Below, in pieces: positions 25,719-41,315 of a DNA stretch of 64,000 nt. Positions within the stretch are counted from its first letter, which is position 1; each line of letters starts with the position of its first letter. A model generated the notes under the pieces. That model ran no database searches and was not told the DNA's origin. It was given only the letters and a program-made list of their open reading frames with translations. The position numbers and the translations under genes are program-made. Source of the DNA: Octopus bimaculoides (lineage: Eukaryota); NCBI RefSeq assembly GCF_001194135.2, contig NC_068985.1:124583285-124647284 (forward strand), written 5' to 3'.

Positions 25719-28700
25719 ATGAGATATATAATGACCCATTAAAAATACATAATAATCAGTAGACCTATGATACAGATAGCTGACTGAAGGAATAAGAGAA
25801 ACTCACAGATCCTTTGCTCCAGTGATATAGACATACAACATTCAGTTTCATTTTAAATTAACCAGTATTCTAGTTTGTCTTTAGACACCCCATTTATTCA
25901 GGTACAATGTAATCCTGAATATAATGCCACCCCTACATTTTGTATCCAAAATCAGTAATAAATTTCATCCTATATTTTATTTTTATAATTACTCTCAAGT
26001 ATAATTGTTTCTAACTTAGGCACAAAGCCTGGTATTTGTAGGGGGCAGGATTAGTTGATTAAATCAGCCACATCCCTGAAAGGATGAAAAGTAAAGTTTT
26101 CCTCAGCAGTGTTTGAATACAAAACCTAAGGTATCATAATTAAATACCACAAACCAGTTTGTTCTAGGGTCTAACAATTCTACCATTTCACCAGCCATTA
26201 AACTCTCAAATATAATGCTAATTCCTAATTTGGACCTTAACATTTTGTATTAAATGTCTCACCTATACAAGAAAGTACAGTAGGTGAGCTGCCACTCAAA
26301 AACATGTTGCTAGTGTGTTTGCTGATGGAGATTCTGATTTTACATTGAGCAAAGAGACTCCTTAGAATCCTCATTACAAATCTCAACATGTAATCAATAG
26401 ACTGTATGTTGTATTTACAAAATTGTAGGGTGTATTAGCAATGCTCTAAGAAATCTGAGAGGATAAGGTATTGAAATACTTGGCCATGAGTTTGAATTCA
26501 TTGCTAGCATTTTGGTGTTCGGGGCAGAACACTTCACTTTTCATTCTCCCAATTTACCTAGCTGTCAGTGATAGGTTAAGCCATCTAATAATGTTCTGTG
26601 CCAGAAGACAGTACACAAATTTCTCTTGGTCTGCCTGACATTTTAAGTTCAGATCCATTTTATGGTGATGAATTGGTTGGATGTGGCCTGGTGTACAGCA
26701 GCCCATTCTTTGTTAACAAGTGTTCAACACCAAGTGGACAACAGCTTTAGTATGTGTGTGTGTGTGTAAGAATTTATTTATTATATACTTTATTAGTGGT
26801 TCTTTGTAGTCTAAGCTACTATACAGTATACCGAATACATTTTATTGTTGACTCCCTTACTTCAAGTAAGATATCCACGCAATGATGATTACTGACGTGG
26901 AAATGACTGCAATTAAAAGCAAAGTATGTAACAGAACTATTACAACTCCGACTTCAACAAAATGCTGATGGTGCATTTATGTGGTTGTTCAACTTGCTAG
27001 AAATAGTAACCAAATCTTGATCAGATTACATGCTACCAATTTGAAAGTGCAATAATGCATTGGATAACTTAGTTCTAGATATACAATCCCCTAGAAAAAG
27101 AATGCTCATGGCTGGAATTTTTGTGGTCATAGATATGATCAGTCAGGGCACTAACCAGGGGTTACATTCTTTCTATGTCAACTATTAATTTCTTCTCTAT
27201 TTAATCCAAAGGTTGAATATCACTGGTAAATCTGCAGAACGGCTCAAATCACAGTCTCAGACATACAGTGGATCACCAAGAGATACCAGCAGCACACAAT
27301 CAAACCAAATTGATGCTTTTGAGGAAATAATTGAAAAAGATGGAAATGTCGAGGAGATCATTGCAATAGACTATCCAGAGAGGTTAGTATAATATTATCA
27401 TCCCCATCATCATCATCATCATCATCATCATCACCAATAAGATAGTTATCTATTAAATACTATGTGTCCTTAAATAGTTGTTACTCATTAAGTATGTAAA
27501 CCCTTTTTGAGTCTGGTGCCTTTTTAAGTATTTATTATCATCATCATTATTGAGGCAGAGAGCTGACAGAATCATTAGCATGCCAGGCGAAATATTTAGT
27601 GGCATTTCATTCATCTATTTGTTCTGAGTTCAAATTCCACCAAGGTTGACTTTGCCTGTTGTCCTTTCATGATTGATAAAATAAGTACCAGTTGAACACT
27701 GGGATCAATGTAATTGACTTACCCCTTCCCCCGAAACTGCTGGCCTTGTGCCAAAAATGAAACCATTATTATTGAGTGAGAAAGCAGTGCATACTATCAA
27801 AGTGACACTGGGGTAAAATATACGAAGCCCAGTATACCCATCATGACTACCCGTCTGATAAGGGTACACGAGGCACATGCATCACAACNNNNNNNNNNTC
27901 ATGACTACCCGTCTGATAAGGGTACACGAGGCACATGCATCACAACCATATGTGCGCGACATAGTGGTCTCATATCAAGATAAACAGCACATGTCTTTGC
28001 TGGTGAGGCACAGTTAGAATTTTCTTCATGTCGAGTAGCCCATCCTGCTCAAAAGGTCTTTGAATAATGGTTGTTTAAGGATGTTGAATGAAACACCCAT
28101 GTTTCCAAAGGTGAACTATCCAAATCCCAAAGAATTCCTCTCAACACATGGCTATGATGCTCCCACACTACTTCTGCTCATGATCAGGGATGCACATATC
28201 ATCATCCACTAAAGGACATGCTCAACTGGTCAAACAACTGACAAGCAAATCTGTGGTATTGAGCAGAATACTTGCTGTAGCCCGTCTTTTATACTAAGAC
28301 AATTATTATCATTATTATTATTACTACTGTTGCTGTTAAGATGGTGAGCTGGCAGAATCATTAGCACGACAGGTGAAATGCTTAGCGGTATTTCACCTGC
28401 ACTACATTCTGAGTTCAAATTCCCCCAAAGTTGACTTTGCCTTTTATCCTTTCGGGGTCAATGAAATAAGTACCAGTTATGCACTGGGGTCAATGTAATC
28501 GACTAGCCCCCTTCCCCCAAAATTTTCAAGGCCTTGTGCCTAGAGTAGTAATAATTATTACTGTTGCTGTTGTTGTGACACGCTGGTAGAATCATTAGCT
28601 TACTGGAGAAAATGTTGAGTGGCATTTCTTCTGGCTTATATTCTGAGTTCAAATGCTGCCACGGTCAACTTTGCCTTTCATCCTTTGGGGGTTGATAAAG

Positions 28701-29456
28701 TAAGTACCAGTCAAATACTGAGGTTGATATAATTGACCAGCATTAAGCCTATAACAGAAAGAACTATTGTTATTATGATTAGGGAAGAGTAGAGATTGAT
28801 AGAATCAGTTGAGCATTAGATAAAATGACTAAAAATAATAATAATTGGGTTTGCTGTACTGTAAATTAATCTATAAATGTATAAGAATTTTCACTTCACT
28901 CTGTTTTTTCCCCCAATTCAGAATAGACACTCTTCCTGATGGACAGAGACGCTGCCCAAAATCAAGCCATTGTTATCGAACTGGTTACCCTCCCATTACA
29001 CCTCTAGCCTGTGTTCAAGAAAATATTGCCAGTGCAATGTTTGACTACACATGGAATGAGGTAAGAATGAAGTCATTGCTTACAATTGCTTCCTATATGC
29101 ATGTATCATAGCTAAACTCTCTTTCTTGTGAGAATACAACAGTAACTTAGCTATTGTAACTATCTTTTAATTTGTGTGTTGTAAATATCTTAATATTAAG
29201 GACTGTAACTGTAGCATTCCTGTTGTATGTACCCTAACTATAAAATTCCCTACTGTTACTTCTCTATTATAAATACCTAAAACACATGGCTATGTTGATG
29301 CAAGTATAGCCGTGTGGTTAAAAAGTTATTTTCCCAACCACATGGCCTCAAGTTCAGTCTTACTGCATGGCATCTGAGGTAAGTGTCTTCTACCATGCTT
29401 TGGCCAACCAAAACCCTGGATGTGGATTTGATAGATAGAAATTGAAAAGAGACTGG

Positions 29457-29513
<57 letters not shown>

Positions 29514-32500
29514 TGTGTATGTGTCTGTGTCTTTACATCTGCACCTGACTGTGCAAAAGTCATGCTGTTTAAGCAGTCTTCTTGGTACTTCTGTCAATTG
29601 TCTGACTACTTGTTTTGTGCATTTGAAGCTGTGTAGAGTAAGAGATCTGTTACTTAAAAGCAAGGAAGGATTAGCATCAGGAATGGCATATGACTGTAAA
29701 ACAATGCTTCAATAACATATCTACCTAACCCATGCTAGCATGGAAAAACAATCATGAAAACAAACAAACATACTAAATCAAAATAAACTATGGATATCAC
29801 TCAGAATTAAATATGGTTTGGTAACATGTATCATGCTTTCACTAATTGTTTTCGGTGCTTGTATCATCACAAGCAGATATAGACATCCTCTAGTCCCTCT
29901 TATCTTATATTCATATTATTGTTCTTATTTTACAAATTAGTTTGTTACACAAAATGCATGTCCAATCTAAAGTGCCTATAACATTATATTTCTGTAGAAA
30001 CATTCTTTAATCACATGTAATTTTTCAGATAAAGTATCACTCAGTTACAGTGAGCAGTTTTAAATGATTGATATTGGTGTCTCCCAGTCTTCTTTGAGTA
30101 AGAGACTCTGGCTGAGACTAAATCCTGGATGAATTTTCTTGACGCTACTTGTACTTTAAAAGTTAATAAAGATATAAACCTTCAATAGCCATGATATTTC
30201 TATGAGGGGCAGTGACACTATGAAGTTTTAGCTTTGAAAGACATAATGGTGAAACAATATCATATATATCTTATAAATAACAAGATATGATGTGTTTGTC
30301 ATCATGTGTATTGTAAGTTGGCAGAAGAACTCTCAGATCATCCAGACACACATCAGAATATCAAACATTCTATGCCTGTAATGCACTGTTGTGTTAACAT
30401 TCACAGTAAATGTTATTTTTTTCATTACTAAATATTACTTTTTTACAGGTATTGGTCTGGATGAAAAATTTGCTCAGCATGTACTTTGAATATGTCAGAG
30501 GTAAGACTGTTTCTTCTGTATTTTTTTCTTTTTGGTTATTTTTCTTTTTTTCCTTCCTCTTTCTCCAAATAACTACATAGTTAAAACATGCCATTGATTT
30601 CTGAATTATGTCGTTGTTGTTGTGTGCAGTCCTAATTGAGCAGATCTATACTCAAAGAATGACCATCCCAGCTTTTTTCTGGGACTATGCCCTCAGTACC
30701 ATATTGTCCAATGTAGGACAGTATGGTATGATTTCAGGGAGACTTGATAGCTATTTCTAGTGTATCAAGTATCTACATAGAACTCCCTCATCAACTTATT
30801 GTTACATTGTATGTTATATAAAAGTGATTCATTGGACCAACAATACCTAAGAGAATTTGAATCTAGTATTGCAAACTGACAAAAGCTTTGGCAGTTTGGT
30901 GATATAGCTACTGTTTACAGCAAGGAGATACACCAGACATTCAGATTAAGCCATTGACTGTCAAGTACCTTGACCATAGACACACATTACAGTGTCTGTA
31001 TCAAGAATTTAACCTCACTTTTTTCTACAAATGATACAACTTACTGCCAAACATATTATTACTTGCTTATCATTTGAGTGAATTATATTCTTTCATTGAG
31101 AAATGTTACTTTTTTGTGGGAATATATTCACCATCACAGAGAGGACACTGGTGTAGCTGATGACTAATAAAGTTTAGATTTTCAGTAAAGGAGCTTCTAC
31201 ATGGTCACTCAATCAGCTAGAAATAGCAGTCACATCTACTTCAAATGTCACTATCTTAAAAAAGGAAGAACTCATTGGACATTGTGGTCTCTGATACATA
31301 TAATATCAGGATTATCATAGCTGGCATGCCTTTGGACATACATTCACTTAATCAAGGCTGAGTTTAATCAGTAATTGATTGCTTGCTAAATGGATGAATA
31401 ATAGAAACCTATTGGTCATTTGAACTGAGAAAAGCCTGAATTTCTAAGATTATTTCCAAGTTCTCATGTATTCAATAGATTGTATAGTTTTAGTTGAAGC
31501 AAATATATCAAGTGACATCTTGAATGTAGGACAAGTAAAGGTTAAATGTCTAAAAAGAAGCTTGTGAAACTCAATCTTATCAGGATACACATACATGCTT
31601 ACATAACTGTACTAATTCTTTATAGTAATATATAACTAGCTCAAAACTTTTGCTCTGAAATAACATTTTTATTGTAAATTCTTGAAAGAACATATGCATC
31701 TAACAACTGGGGGATGACCATTTCTAATCAGGTTTCATTTACTGTCAATACATTTAGACCCTCTTGTGTCTCTTCCTTTATCACAATATATATATTAGTC
31801 AACATCTAGCATAAATAATTTAGGAATGTTGGTTTAGAAATTAGTGTTTTTGAAACATTAATTAACATGACATATAGCATGTGTTTTATTCCTCTTTCAG
31901 GCACTGATCTGACATTTACTTTTCTTCTTTTTTGAGGCCCAAAATTTCCAAGTCTGATCTACTTTTTCACTAAGTACTCTTTGGAAATCATAGTTATATC
32001 TTCCATCCAGAAATCTACATCCATTCACATTACTTGTTTATATTAGCATAGTCCTTTTATGCATGACCTCATCCAATGTCTTTGATATTCAGCTGCTTTC
32101 TCAACACATTTGTACCCAAGTTCTACTTTAAAATTAAGATCTGCACAATGTTATAAGCTGGCTTTTCTTTCTCTCCATGTTTAACAGGTGTTGAGAAGGC
32201 CATTCTTCTTCCTTTACCGACCTATCGAGCTGAGATTCACAACATTTCTAGAGAAGCATCGAGTATGTATAATTATCCAAAGGTCAGTTACTTAAGCTTT
32301 TGCCCTTTTTTTTGAAGAGCTAAGTTTTCACCTTCAAAATAATCAAAACAATTATCATTATTAGTATTATTATTACTGCATGACAGGAGAAAATGTATTG
32401 GATTTGTTTTGGTTTTTTTTTTGGGGGTTTTTTTTTTAGACAAAGAGAGAAAGGCAACACTCGTGACTTGTTTCTTTGGGGCATTTGTGACTTGTAGAAA

Positions 32501-34663
32501 GAGGAGCTTATCCTCAAACTAGAAACAAAATGAACTCCATCAAAGGCACCCAAGACTCAGGTTAGGGTGTTAAACCAAGCAATAAATTTAGACTAACACT
32601 CAAAAACTCAAAATGCAAATACCTGAACAGACATCCCATTTGATACACTGATAATTCTACTATTCACTATGATGGGCTGGTACTTTATTTTATTGATCCT
32701 AAAAGAATCAAAGATACAATTGACCTCTGTCTGATTTGAACTCAAAATGCAGGGAACCAGAACAAATACCAAAAGGCTTTTTGTCCTGCACAGTAATGAC
32801 TTTACCAATTTCCCACCTGTAAACCAATTTGCTAACTACTTTTGTTTGTTCTGACTAAACTAATCTATGATAAAGGGCATTTCAGCCATACCCATCTTTT
32901 TTTATTTTCAAGCCTAGACTTTCCAGTTACAGGTGGATTATGCTTCACTGATGAGGTATAATAATACTGAAACATGTCTAAAATTGTCACGCTTCTCATA
33001 TTGTTAAGTATCAGACTCCTTCTCCACTACATTCTTTAAAATGTTACGATTGTCTCCCCTATCTTGACTAGAATTAGCTTACTTGGAAAATGATTGTTCT
33101 CATCACTAAGGATGTAAAGATGCATAAGTCATTAAAATTTTGGAACTTGTCTCCCTTTCGTTTCTTGCCAGAGTTTGTTATTTAGATGATGACTCTGTCA
33201 ATATGCTAGCACCCATTTTACTATTGAGAGTTATGTCAAGCAATCAAGAGAGGCTCCAATTAATATGATGTAGTTCGCTTACATATAATTATTTCAACTG
33301 TAAATTCTTTTAATGAGCTCAACTCTGTAAAAGTACTCTATGAAAATATATAGATATCTAATTTAATTTAAAATTCTGTTGTCAATGAATTGACCTTTTT
33401 CCCACTCACTGCTACTAAAGTACTATGTAATAGTTACATAATACTACCGACAGTACTAACAGTACTATATAGTGCTACATAGTATAAGGGGCTTCATTGG
33501 TGGAGATTGACCATATCTGCATCTGTAGGCACAGACCGTTGTGTTGTTTTGTTTTTTTTGTCGGAAGATTAGCAATTGTTTGTACATGCAAGTCTCCCCT
33601 CTTTATGCAATTCATGTTGTCCAAGAGAAAGGCTACTGCTTTAGGGTTGATATGACTTGATATCAATGTCATCACAGATGATTTTTTTCAGAACACCAAG
33701 GAGCTGTCACAGATACTGCAAGACAGTTTACCTGACCCCTCTAACAATATGAATCCACCACCCTGGATTCATTCTATTTTATTGACCCTAGAAAGATAAA
33801 AAGTACGGTTGATCATAGAGGAATTTGAACTCAGAGCAGAGACAGTTGAAACAATACTACAAGACAATCTATCCAATGCTGTAATGACTCAGCCAATTTG
33901 ACACCTTCTACATAATACTAAACATGTTATTTAATGGCTACTTAAGATTCTACAAAGCAGGACATACTTAAAAATGAAGAAAAATGTTAGTAATTTTTTA
34001 CTTCATCTTTGGGTTTATCTTTCAAAACATTAGGACTGAATTTCAAGTCCTTCCCAACTTCTTGGAATGTTTTTCAATCATGATTGTTACCCTGATAACT
34101 CTCTGTAGGTCAGTCTGCCAACAAGGACACCATCATTTATTACTAGCACTGCCAGTTGGAAACCACAGTCCCTTGATGGTATTCTTACTGTGAAACAGAA
34201 GGACATAGTTGAAAGACCAGGTGCCATATTACAGTGAGTACAAGCTTTCCTTTGTGTGCATTTGCATGCATGTCTGTGTGCATTTGTGTATTTGCTTATA
34301 TATATTCTTTTACTTGTTCCAGTCACTGAGCTTTAATCATACTAAGATATTACTATTTATATATGTATGCCTGCACAATCATGATGAATGATAACATCCA
34401 ACATTGCATTCTTTCATAACTAGAGAACCCAATCCAAAAACTGGATTTTATTTCAAGTGGGGCATGTGTATGCAGTATTAATATACATCTGTGCATCCAT
34501 ATTTGTATATAAACGTATGTATGTACATACATACACGAGCATGGCTGATTAAGAAATGCATTTCAGAAACCACACAGTTTAGAGCTTGCTCCCACTGTAT
34601 GAATAATATCAATTAGACCCTTCTACTATAGTTGCAGCTTGACTAATGCCCATTGTGTGTGGT

Positions 34664-34701
<38 letters not shown>

Positions 34702-36418
34702 ATGCGTGCATAAGTGTGTATTCCTCTTGTCTTGACATGTGCACTCTGATTGCAAACAAAGAGTTACCATTCATACAGTGTCTTTTATTTGCAATTCTCT
34801 GCAAAGACATATCTTGTCTGTTCATTGTTTAGAGGACCAGGGTAAATGTTACCTTACTTGGAAATAGGTGAGGGTTAGCAACAAGAAAAGGCTCTGGACA
34901 CAGAAAAAAATTGCTTCAACAATGATTCATCTGACCCATACAAGCATGACAAAATAGATGTTAAAATGATAATGATAAAGATGATTGTATGTGTGGTTAT
35001 TTTTACCGAATTATTCTAGAGAGATGAGGTACACACATATAGACATTATAAAACTATGTCTTTTATTGTAACTTTACCATTTGCTGTAAATTATTTCTTA
35101 CTTTTCACTTGGTAGAATTTTGTTTTATTACAGTGATGGTTCTGACATAAGTTTACCAACACCAAACTCTGTGGGCAGCAACTTCCCTCCACAAAACTTT
35201 AAAATGTCACGTCCAGGCAGTGTAAAATACAACCGGTTGATAAAACCATTGCGCCTAGCACCCCTCCACAATGTTCAGGAAAGATCAAGAACACCTTGCA
35301 TGGTTAGTATATTTTATATGGTGTTTTACATGAGGGAGATGGAAGTAGAAAAGAGGCTGGCAAAAACGAAGGGGTTAATACGAGTTAAATTGGATTTGAA
35401 CATGCTTTATAGAGATCAGAAAGCAGTGTTATTGGACAAAGACCGAATGGAAAGGATGGTAGAGTTGTTTCCTAGAAAGAGGATTGGAAAACAATCATAA
35501 TTTGTGAAGAGGAAATGTGAGGAAGAGAAAGATTCAGTTAGAAGAGGAGTTGTAATTCAGTTTCTTTGGGTAGAGTGGGTGAAAAGTGTGTTGTTACATG
35601 TGGGTGGGACAAATCTTCTAGCACTCAGTTTCGTGGACAAGTCTTCTCTAGAACCTCATATTACCAAACATCTTGGTTGACTGTCTTTTCCTCCGTGAGC
35701 CCCAACATCCTAAGATCGGTCCTCACCATTTCATCCCATGTCTTCCTGGGTCTCCCTCTTCCACGGGTACCATCCACTTTCAATGACAGACACTTCTGTA
35801 TCCAGCTGTCTTCACTCATATGCATCATATGTCCAAACAAACACCTTCTCCTCTCCATCATACCACATTTAATCCCTCTTATGCCTAACGTTTCTCTCAA
35901 CACAGATAAACTGTCTGAAAAATGACAGGAAGGTTATACTAGAACATCTTTGGCTATAAGATCTGCTTGATCAGGGCTCTCCTGGAGCTAAACAACAACC
36001 TGGCAAACAATTTTTGAACCTGGCTACAACTTACTTAACTCATCATTAAACTACAGAGACTTCTAACCTTTGTACTGTAGCTTGCCTGTTTCAATCAGAT
36101 AGTCGCAATATCATCTTGCACTCACTGATGTCATGGATCTTTGCCAAAACATAAATCCAGGTTTTCCATGTCTTTTGAAATAGTGGATCTGCACTTAAAA
36201 AATCTCTCTCCAATGTGTAAACCAAGGCACAGTAGAATATAAAAATCCCTTGGCTGAGAAACAAGTGAGGAATAGCAACAGGAAGCGCATTCAGCCATAA
36301 AATCGTACCTCAAAATCAGCCACCGACGGAGCCACAAATGCAAAATATAAGTTAGTCCTAGAGCGCACAATCCTGAAGGTCAGCAATGGTCTTTCTCGGT
36401 CACGAGTGGATGGCCATC

Positions 36419-36486
<68 letters not shown>

Positions 36487-39400
36487 CTGATGTGCTCTCC
36501 TATTAGTTTCAATGTATGAGTAAACTGTTGGTCAATGGATTGACTGGTTTACTCATTGAATGAACATGCAAAGTGGCTGAGTATTCTACGGTCACATGTA
36601 ACCTTAATGTAATTCTCAAATAAAATCTGTATGACACATTGTGACAAGGCTGGACCTTTGAATTATAAATACAATCCATCTGATGAGCTTCTACACAGAT
36701 TCTGTCTGCTCAAATTCAGGGTCTACCTGAGGTTATGATTAAGTGACTTATACAAGATACCATACTGTGGGATTGAACCCAAGATCTCATGGTTATGAAG
36801 CAACCTTCCTAATCAATCTTCTATGTGGGTGTGCAAATGTGAAGATGTACATGTAAGTGTACAAATTAAACAAAATATATCCATCTTTTTTTGTGTTAGT
36901 CACTCCTACAAACATTTCCAATATCCATTCCTATTACATTAGCCACATTGTACATCCATGTGTGTATGTTTGCTGTAAGTTTTACACTGACAGCAGCATG
37001 TTTTTAAAATCACGAGCAGGGAAAAAGCTAGCCAGTAACTTAATCACTTCGGTCATCATCTTTTAATTATATCTGTAAAATAAAATGTAAAGTAGTTGAG
37101 ATGATGTCATGAAATGTTGCCTTTGAAAGTATTTATATCATGTCATTGCTTTAGCAGCTGACTTCTTTGTGTTCTTTTTTCTTTTCAGGATGAAGAAGTT
37201 TTAAAAGTGACAAAACTGATGCCGGCAGGTAGTGAGAGTCTATCTTCTCCTCCAAGTCTTTTAGGGTTTCGTAACGGATGTCTTCCACCTATTTGCTCGA
37301 CAGTTTCCCTTGAGACACCTGTAGGCCGTCCTCAGGTATTGTACATTAACAGTTATCAATTGTTATAGCTATGAATTTGCAAAAGTTTAAGTGCTGGGTT
37401 AATTGTTATAAGTATCTCATTTAAACTTTCATGCCTGCTTAAAATGTAACTTGAGGTGATTCTGAAAAAGAAATATAGCTTTTTATCTTACCAGGAAATG
37501 AAATTAAATTAAATGCTAAAAATTATATTGGCTATTTTATATGATGCCTGATTGAGTGATAAAAAAAATTAGGGTGGCTTAGGATTTGAAGGTCTCCAGA
37601 TAACAAGAGGCAAGCAATAGACTGACCATGTGAATATAATAATATATAAAACCTAAAAGTCTAGTTTAACCTAAACAACTGCATCAAACAGGAGGCTTAT
37701 AACAGGAAAAAGGAATAAGAACAAAAGGATAAATCTTCCAACAGGTTAACTATTTAATTTAGCAAGTAGAAATCATGGCCAGGACTAAATTTATTCAAAT
37801 TTAGTTCACCAGAAGATTGTACATACTTTATGGCTTTACAAAATCAGTGCATTTGGAAATGAAAAAGAATGAGTATTACATTTTCTTTTAAGAGAGTAAG
37901 ACATATTCAAATGTAATGCAAGAAATGATAAAGAGCCAACGCAGATTTTCATAATCTCTGTCAATTCATGCCAAGAAGTATAATAGAAAGTGCTAGAATA
38001 AGCAAGAGTTTGTTATATTTTTCTCTTTTTGTAAAGATGAGTTACAAGCCAGGTTACTCCAGTGAAAAATTATTCTCATTAAAAAGAATTATATGTATAT
38101 ACAATGAAAGAAAAAATAAGTGTATGCATCTGACCTTTACGAGAGTTGTAATAATCTGTTCAGTAACAAAGAAAGTTCCATTCATGATGTCATTCCATAT
38201 CTATGTCATGCCAGCACCTGATTTATTTTTAACTATATGCTATTGTGTATTTCACAAGAAGAGATGTTGGCACTACGTTAGAGTGTCTCTAGCTGACATT
38301 ATAGCAAAGTAAGCTGACTAAAGAGCAGGCAAATCACATGATCTTCAAGAAGAGCAAACATTGTTTGCTACTATTCAATTGACTTTAACTCCCCTTTACA
38401 GATGAGATAATTATTACTAATTGACTACTCTTTTTTTTTTTATTAATTACAATTCCAATTTTTATATAGAAAGAATGAATGAATTATTCCCTGTAATTAA
38501 TTCTTAGTTCATATTTGACTCTTCTTTATTTTAGTCTTTATTAGTAAATATAATATTGGCAATGGATTAGCATAACCATTAGAGTATCAGAAAAATACTT
38601 TGCAGTGTTTCTTCTGGTTTACTACATTCTGAGTTCAAATCATGCTGAGGTCGATCCTTTCTGGGATTGAAAAAATATGGTACTTGTCAAGTACTAAGGT
38701 TGTTGGTATCATGTAAATCCTTCCTCTAAAACTGCTGTCCTTGCCTAAATCAGAAACCATTATTAATAAACCTGATGAAAGCAGTAATTGTGCCTAAGCT
38801 AGTGGAGTGATGGTAAAGCATTTAGTTTTGTCCCTCTCAGTTCTCTGTTCATATCATAAAAGAACTCGATCACCTTTGCCTTTGATCTCTCTAGTGCCGA
38901 TAGAATATATTGGAATTAGATACACGAGTGTTAAACCAATTCATAATAACACTCTTCCTAATAAAATTGACTCTAATACATCTAGATTAAAGAAATAAGA
39001 AGTTAGAGTTAGAGAGAGCAGTACCCTTAATTTTCTTGAACTTCTCTGTGAATGATGGATGGGTAGAACTGAAAAATTGCCTATATATGTATATGTATGT
39101 ATATATATGTATANNNNNNNNNNNNNNNNNNNNNNNNNNNNNNNNNNNNNNNNNNNNNNNNNNNNNNNNNNNNNNNNNNNNNNNNNNNNNNNNNNNNNNN
39201 NNNNNNNNNNNNNNNNNNNNNNNNNNNNNNNNNNNNNNNNNNNNNNNNNNNNNNNNNNNNNNNNNNNNNNNNNNNNNNNNNNNNNNNNNATATGCGAGTA
39301 AAAATAAATACAAAAAAAGGGGGTTTTGTATGATTGTGTATAGAGGAATATATTATTTTGTTTAAAAGAGTTCCAACACTGTCTGTTTTTTATGTTTTAT

Positions 39401-41181
39401 TTATATTCCTGCAAAACCAATGTGGAAAATAGAATATGGAATATACAATATATAATATAATATACAATATATAATATAAAATAAAAATGGATGGTACTAT
39501 GAAATAAAGTATTGAATGTCATATTGAATATATATATATAGCAGCTCTCCATTGATAGTGACAATGAGTGCTTCTGTTGATTCAATCAACAGAACAGCCT
39601 GCTTATGAAATTAACATGCAAGTGGATGAGCACTTCACAGACATGCTCTCCCTGAGAATTTAACATAGTTCTCAGGGAGATTCAGTGTGACAAGGCTGGC
39701 CCTTTTAATTGCAGGTAAAATTCATTTTTGCCAGCTGAGTGGACTGGAGCAGTGAGAAATAAAGTGTCTTGCTCAAGGACACAAAGCATTGGCAGGCATG
39801 AAACTCATGACCTTAAAACCGTGATCCAAATTCCCTAGCCCCTAAGCCACAAAAAGTACCAACACTGCATTGTTAAGAATGAATATGTGTTCAAAGTAAT
39901 ATAGTCTCTCTGTAAGAATATTATCTGTGGATATTAAATATTATCTTAGGCAGCTAAGAATGAAGTATCCAATTGATTTCATCTCCCTTATCACCTGAGA
40001 TTTATTTCACATTTCAGTTGGTGAAGTTACAAAATCTATCTTCTGCAAAATATAAACAAAGACACAGGCATGGCTGTGTGGTTAAGCAGCTTGCTTTGCA
40101 AGTATGTGGTTAAAAGGCTCACTTTGCTGCCACATGGTTTTGGATTCAGTCCCGCAGCATCATGGACAAGTGTCTTCAGCTATAGCCCTAGGCCAGTCAA
40201 TGCCTTGCGAATGAATTTGGTCAATGAAAACTGTGTGCATGCGTGTGTGTGTGTCTTTGTGCCTGTGTTTATGCCCCTCCTCCGACTGTTTGTGCTGGTT
40301 CATATATGTCCCTGTAACTTTGCAGTTCATCAAAAGTGACCAATAGAATAAGTACCAGACTTAAAAATAAATAGTGTGGTCAATCTGTTTGAATAAAACA
40401 CTTCAAAGTGGTACCCCAGCATGGCTGCAGTCCAATGACTGAAGCAAGTAAAAGATAGACTATAATGGTATGGGGCTGAAAGTCTGAATTTAATGATACA
40501 AGTACCAACACAGCATTGATTTAATATAATAAATGTGTATATGAAAATAATCATATACAGCATATTTAATAAACATATATACATATATATAATCTATTAG
40601 TCACACTATGGAAATATAATGTGCATAAATCACTGGAGCAATGCTTTCATAATGGTCACTCTACTACCCACTGATGAAGGCAAAATGTATATATATAATT
40701 TTATATACTCAGCTCCACTAAAAACATGGTCTTTTATCCAGAGTAAATATACATAAAATATACAGGTTTGTTTTTAATATATTTGTATCTTATTTTCCAC
40801 ATGTCATTCTAATTTATTTATACTATATTAGCAGGACCCATGGAAATTCCATGGAATGAAAACAATTAAGAGAACTTTTTTAAGAAAGATAGGAAGATTT
40901 GCATATAAATGATAGAAAAATATACAGTAACAATCTATACAATACTTAATGCATATATCATTTGTTAGTATTTAATTCTATTGAAACAACTTTAAATTAT
41001 ATACAATTAATGTACATGAAATGATATGGAGAATATACACAATGTTTTTATTTCACTTGATTAGTTTCAGTTCCATTGCAGATTTTTAAAAATAACATCC
41101 ACAGCTATTTTGCCAAGTTATTTCACTTCCAGTCACAATAATATATTATATTATTTTAGAATTTCCTTCTGCTAAACACTT

Positions 41182-41229
<48 letters not shown>

Positions 41230-41283
41230 NNNNNNNNNNNNNNNNNNNNNNNNNNNNNNNNNNNNNNNNNNNNNNNNNNNNNN

Positions 41284-41315
<32 letters not shown>

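Noticed and set aside
27841-27946. 48 bp direct repeat around 10 N
   Set aside because: An identical duplicate flanking a placeholder gap indicates an unmerged contig overlap.
30906-31200. Extra FAM149B1 exons between 30500 and 32188
   Set aside because: The candidate acceptors give stops in the required phase, and the model already splices in frame.
40665-40735. CTGATGAAGG...AAAACATGGTC, and a similar hit at 8670-8705 (-)
   Set aside because: G12 is missing and there is no stem I; at best heavily decayed.
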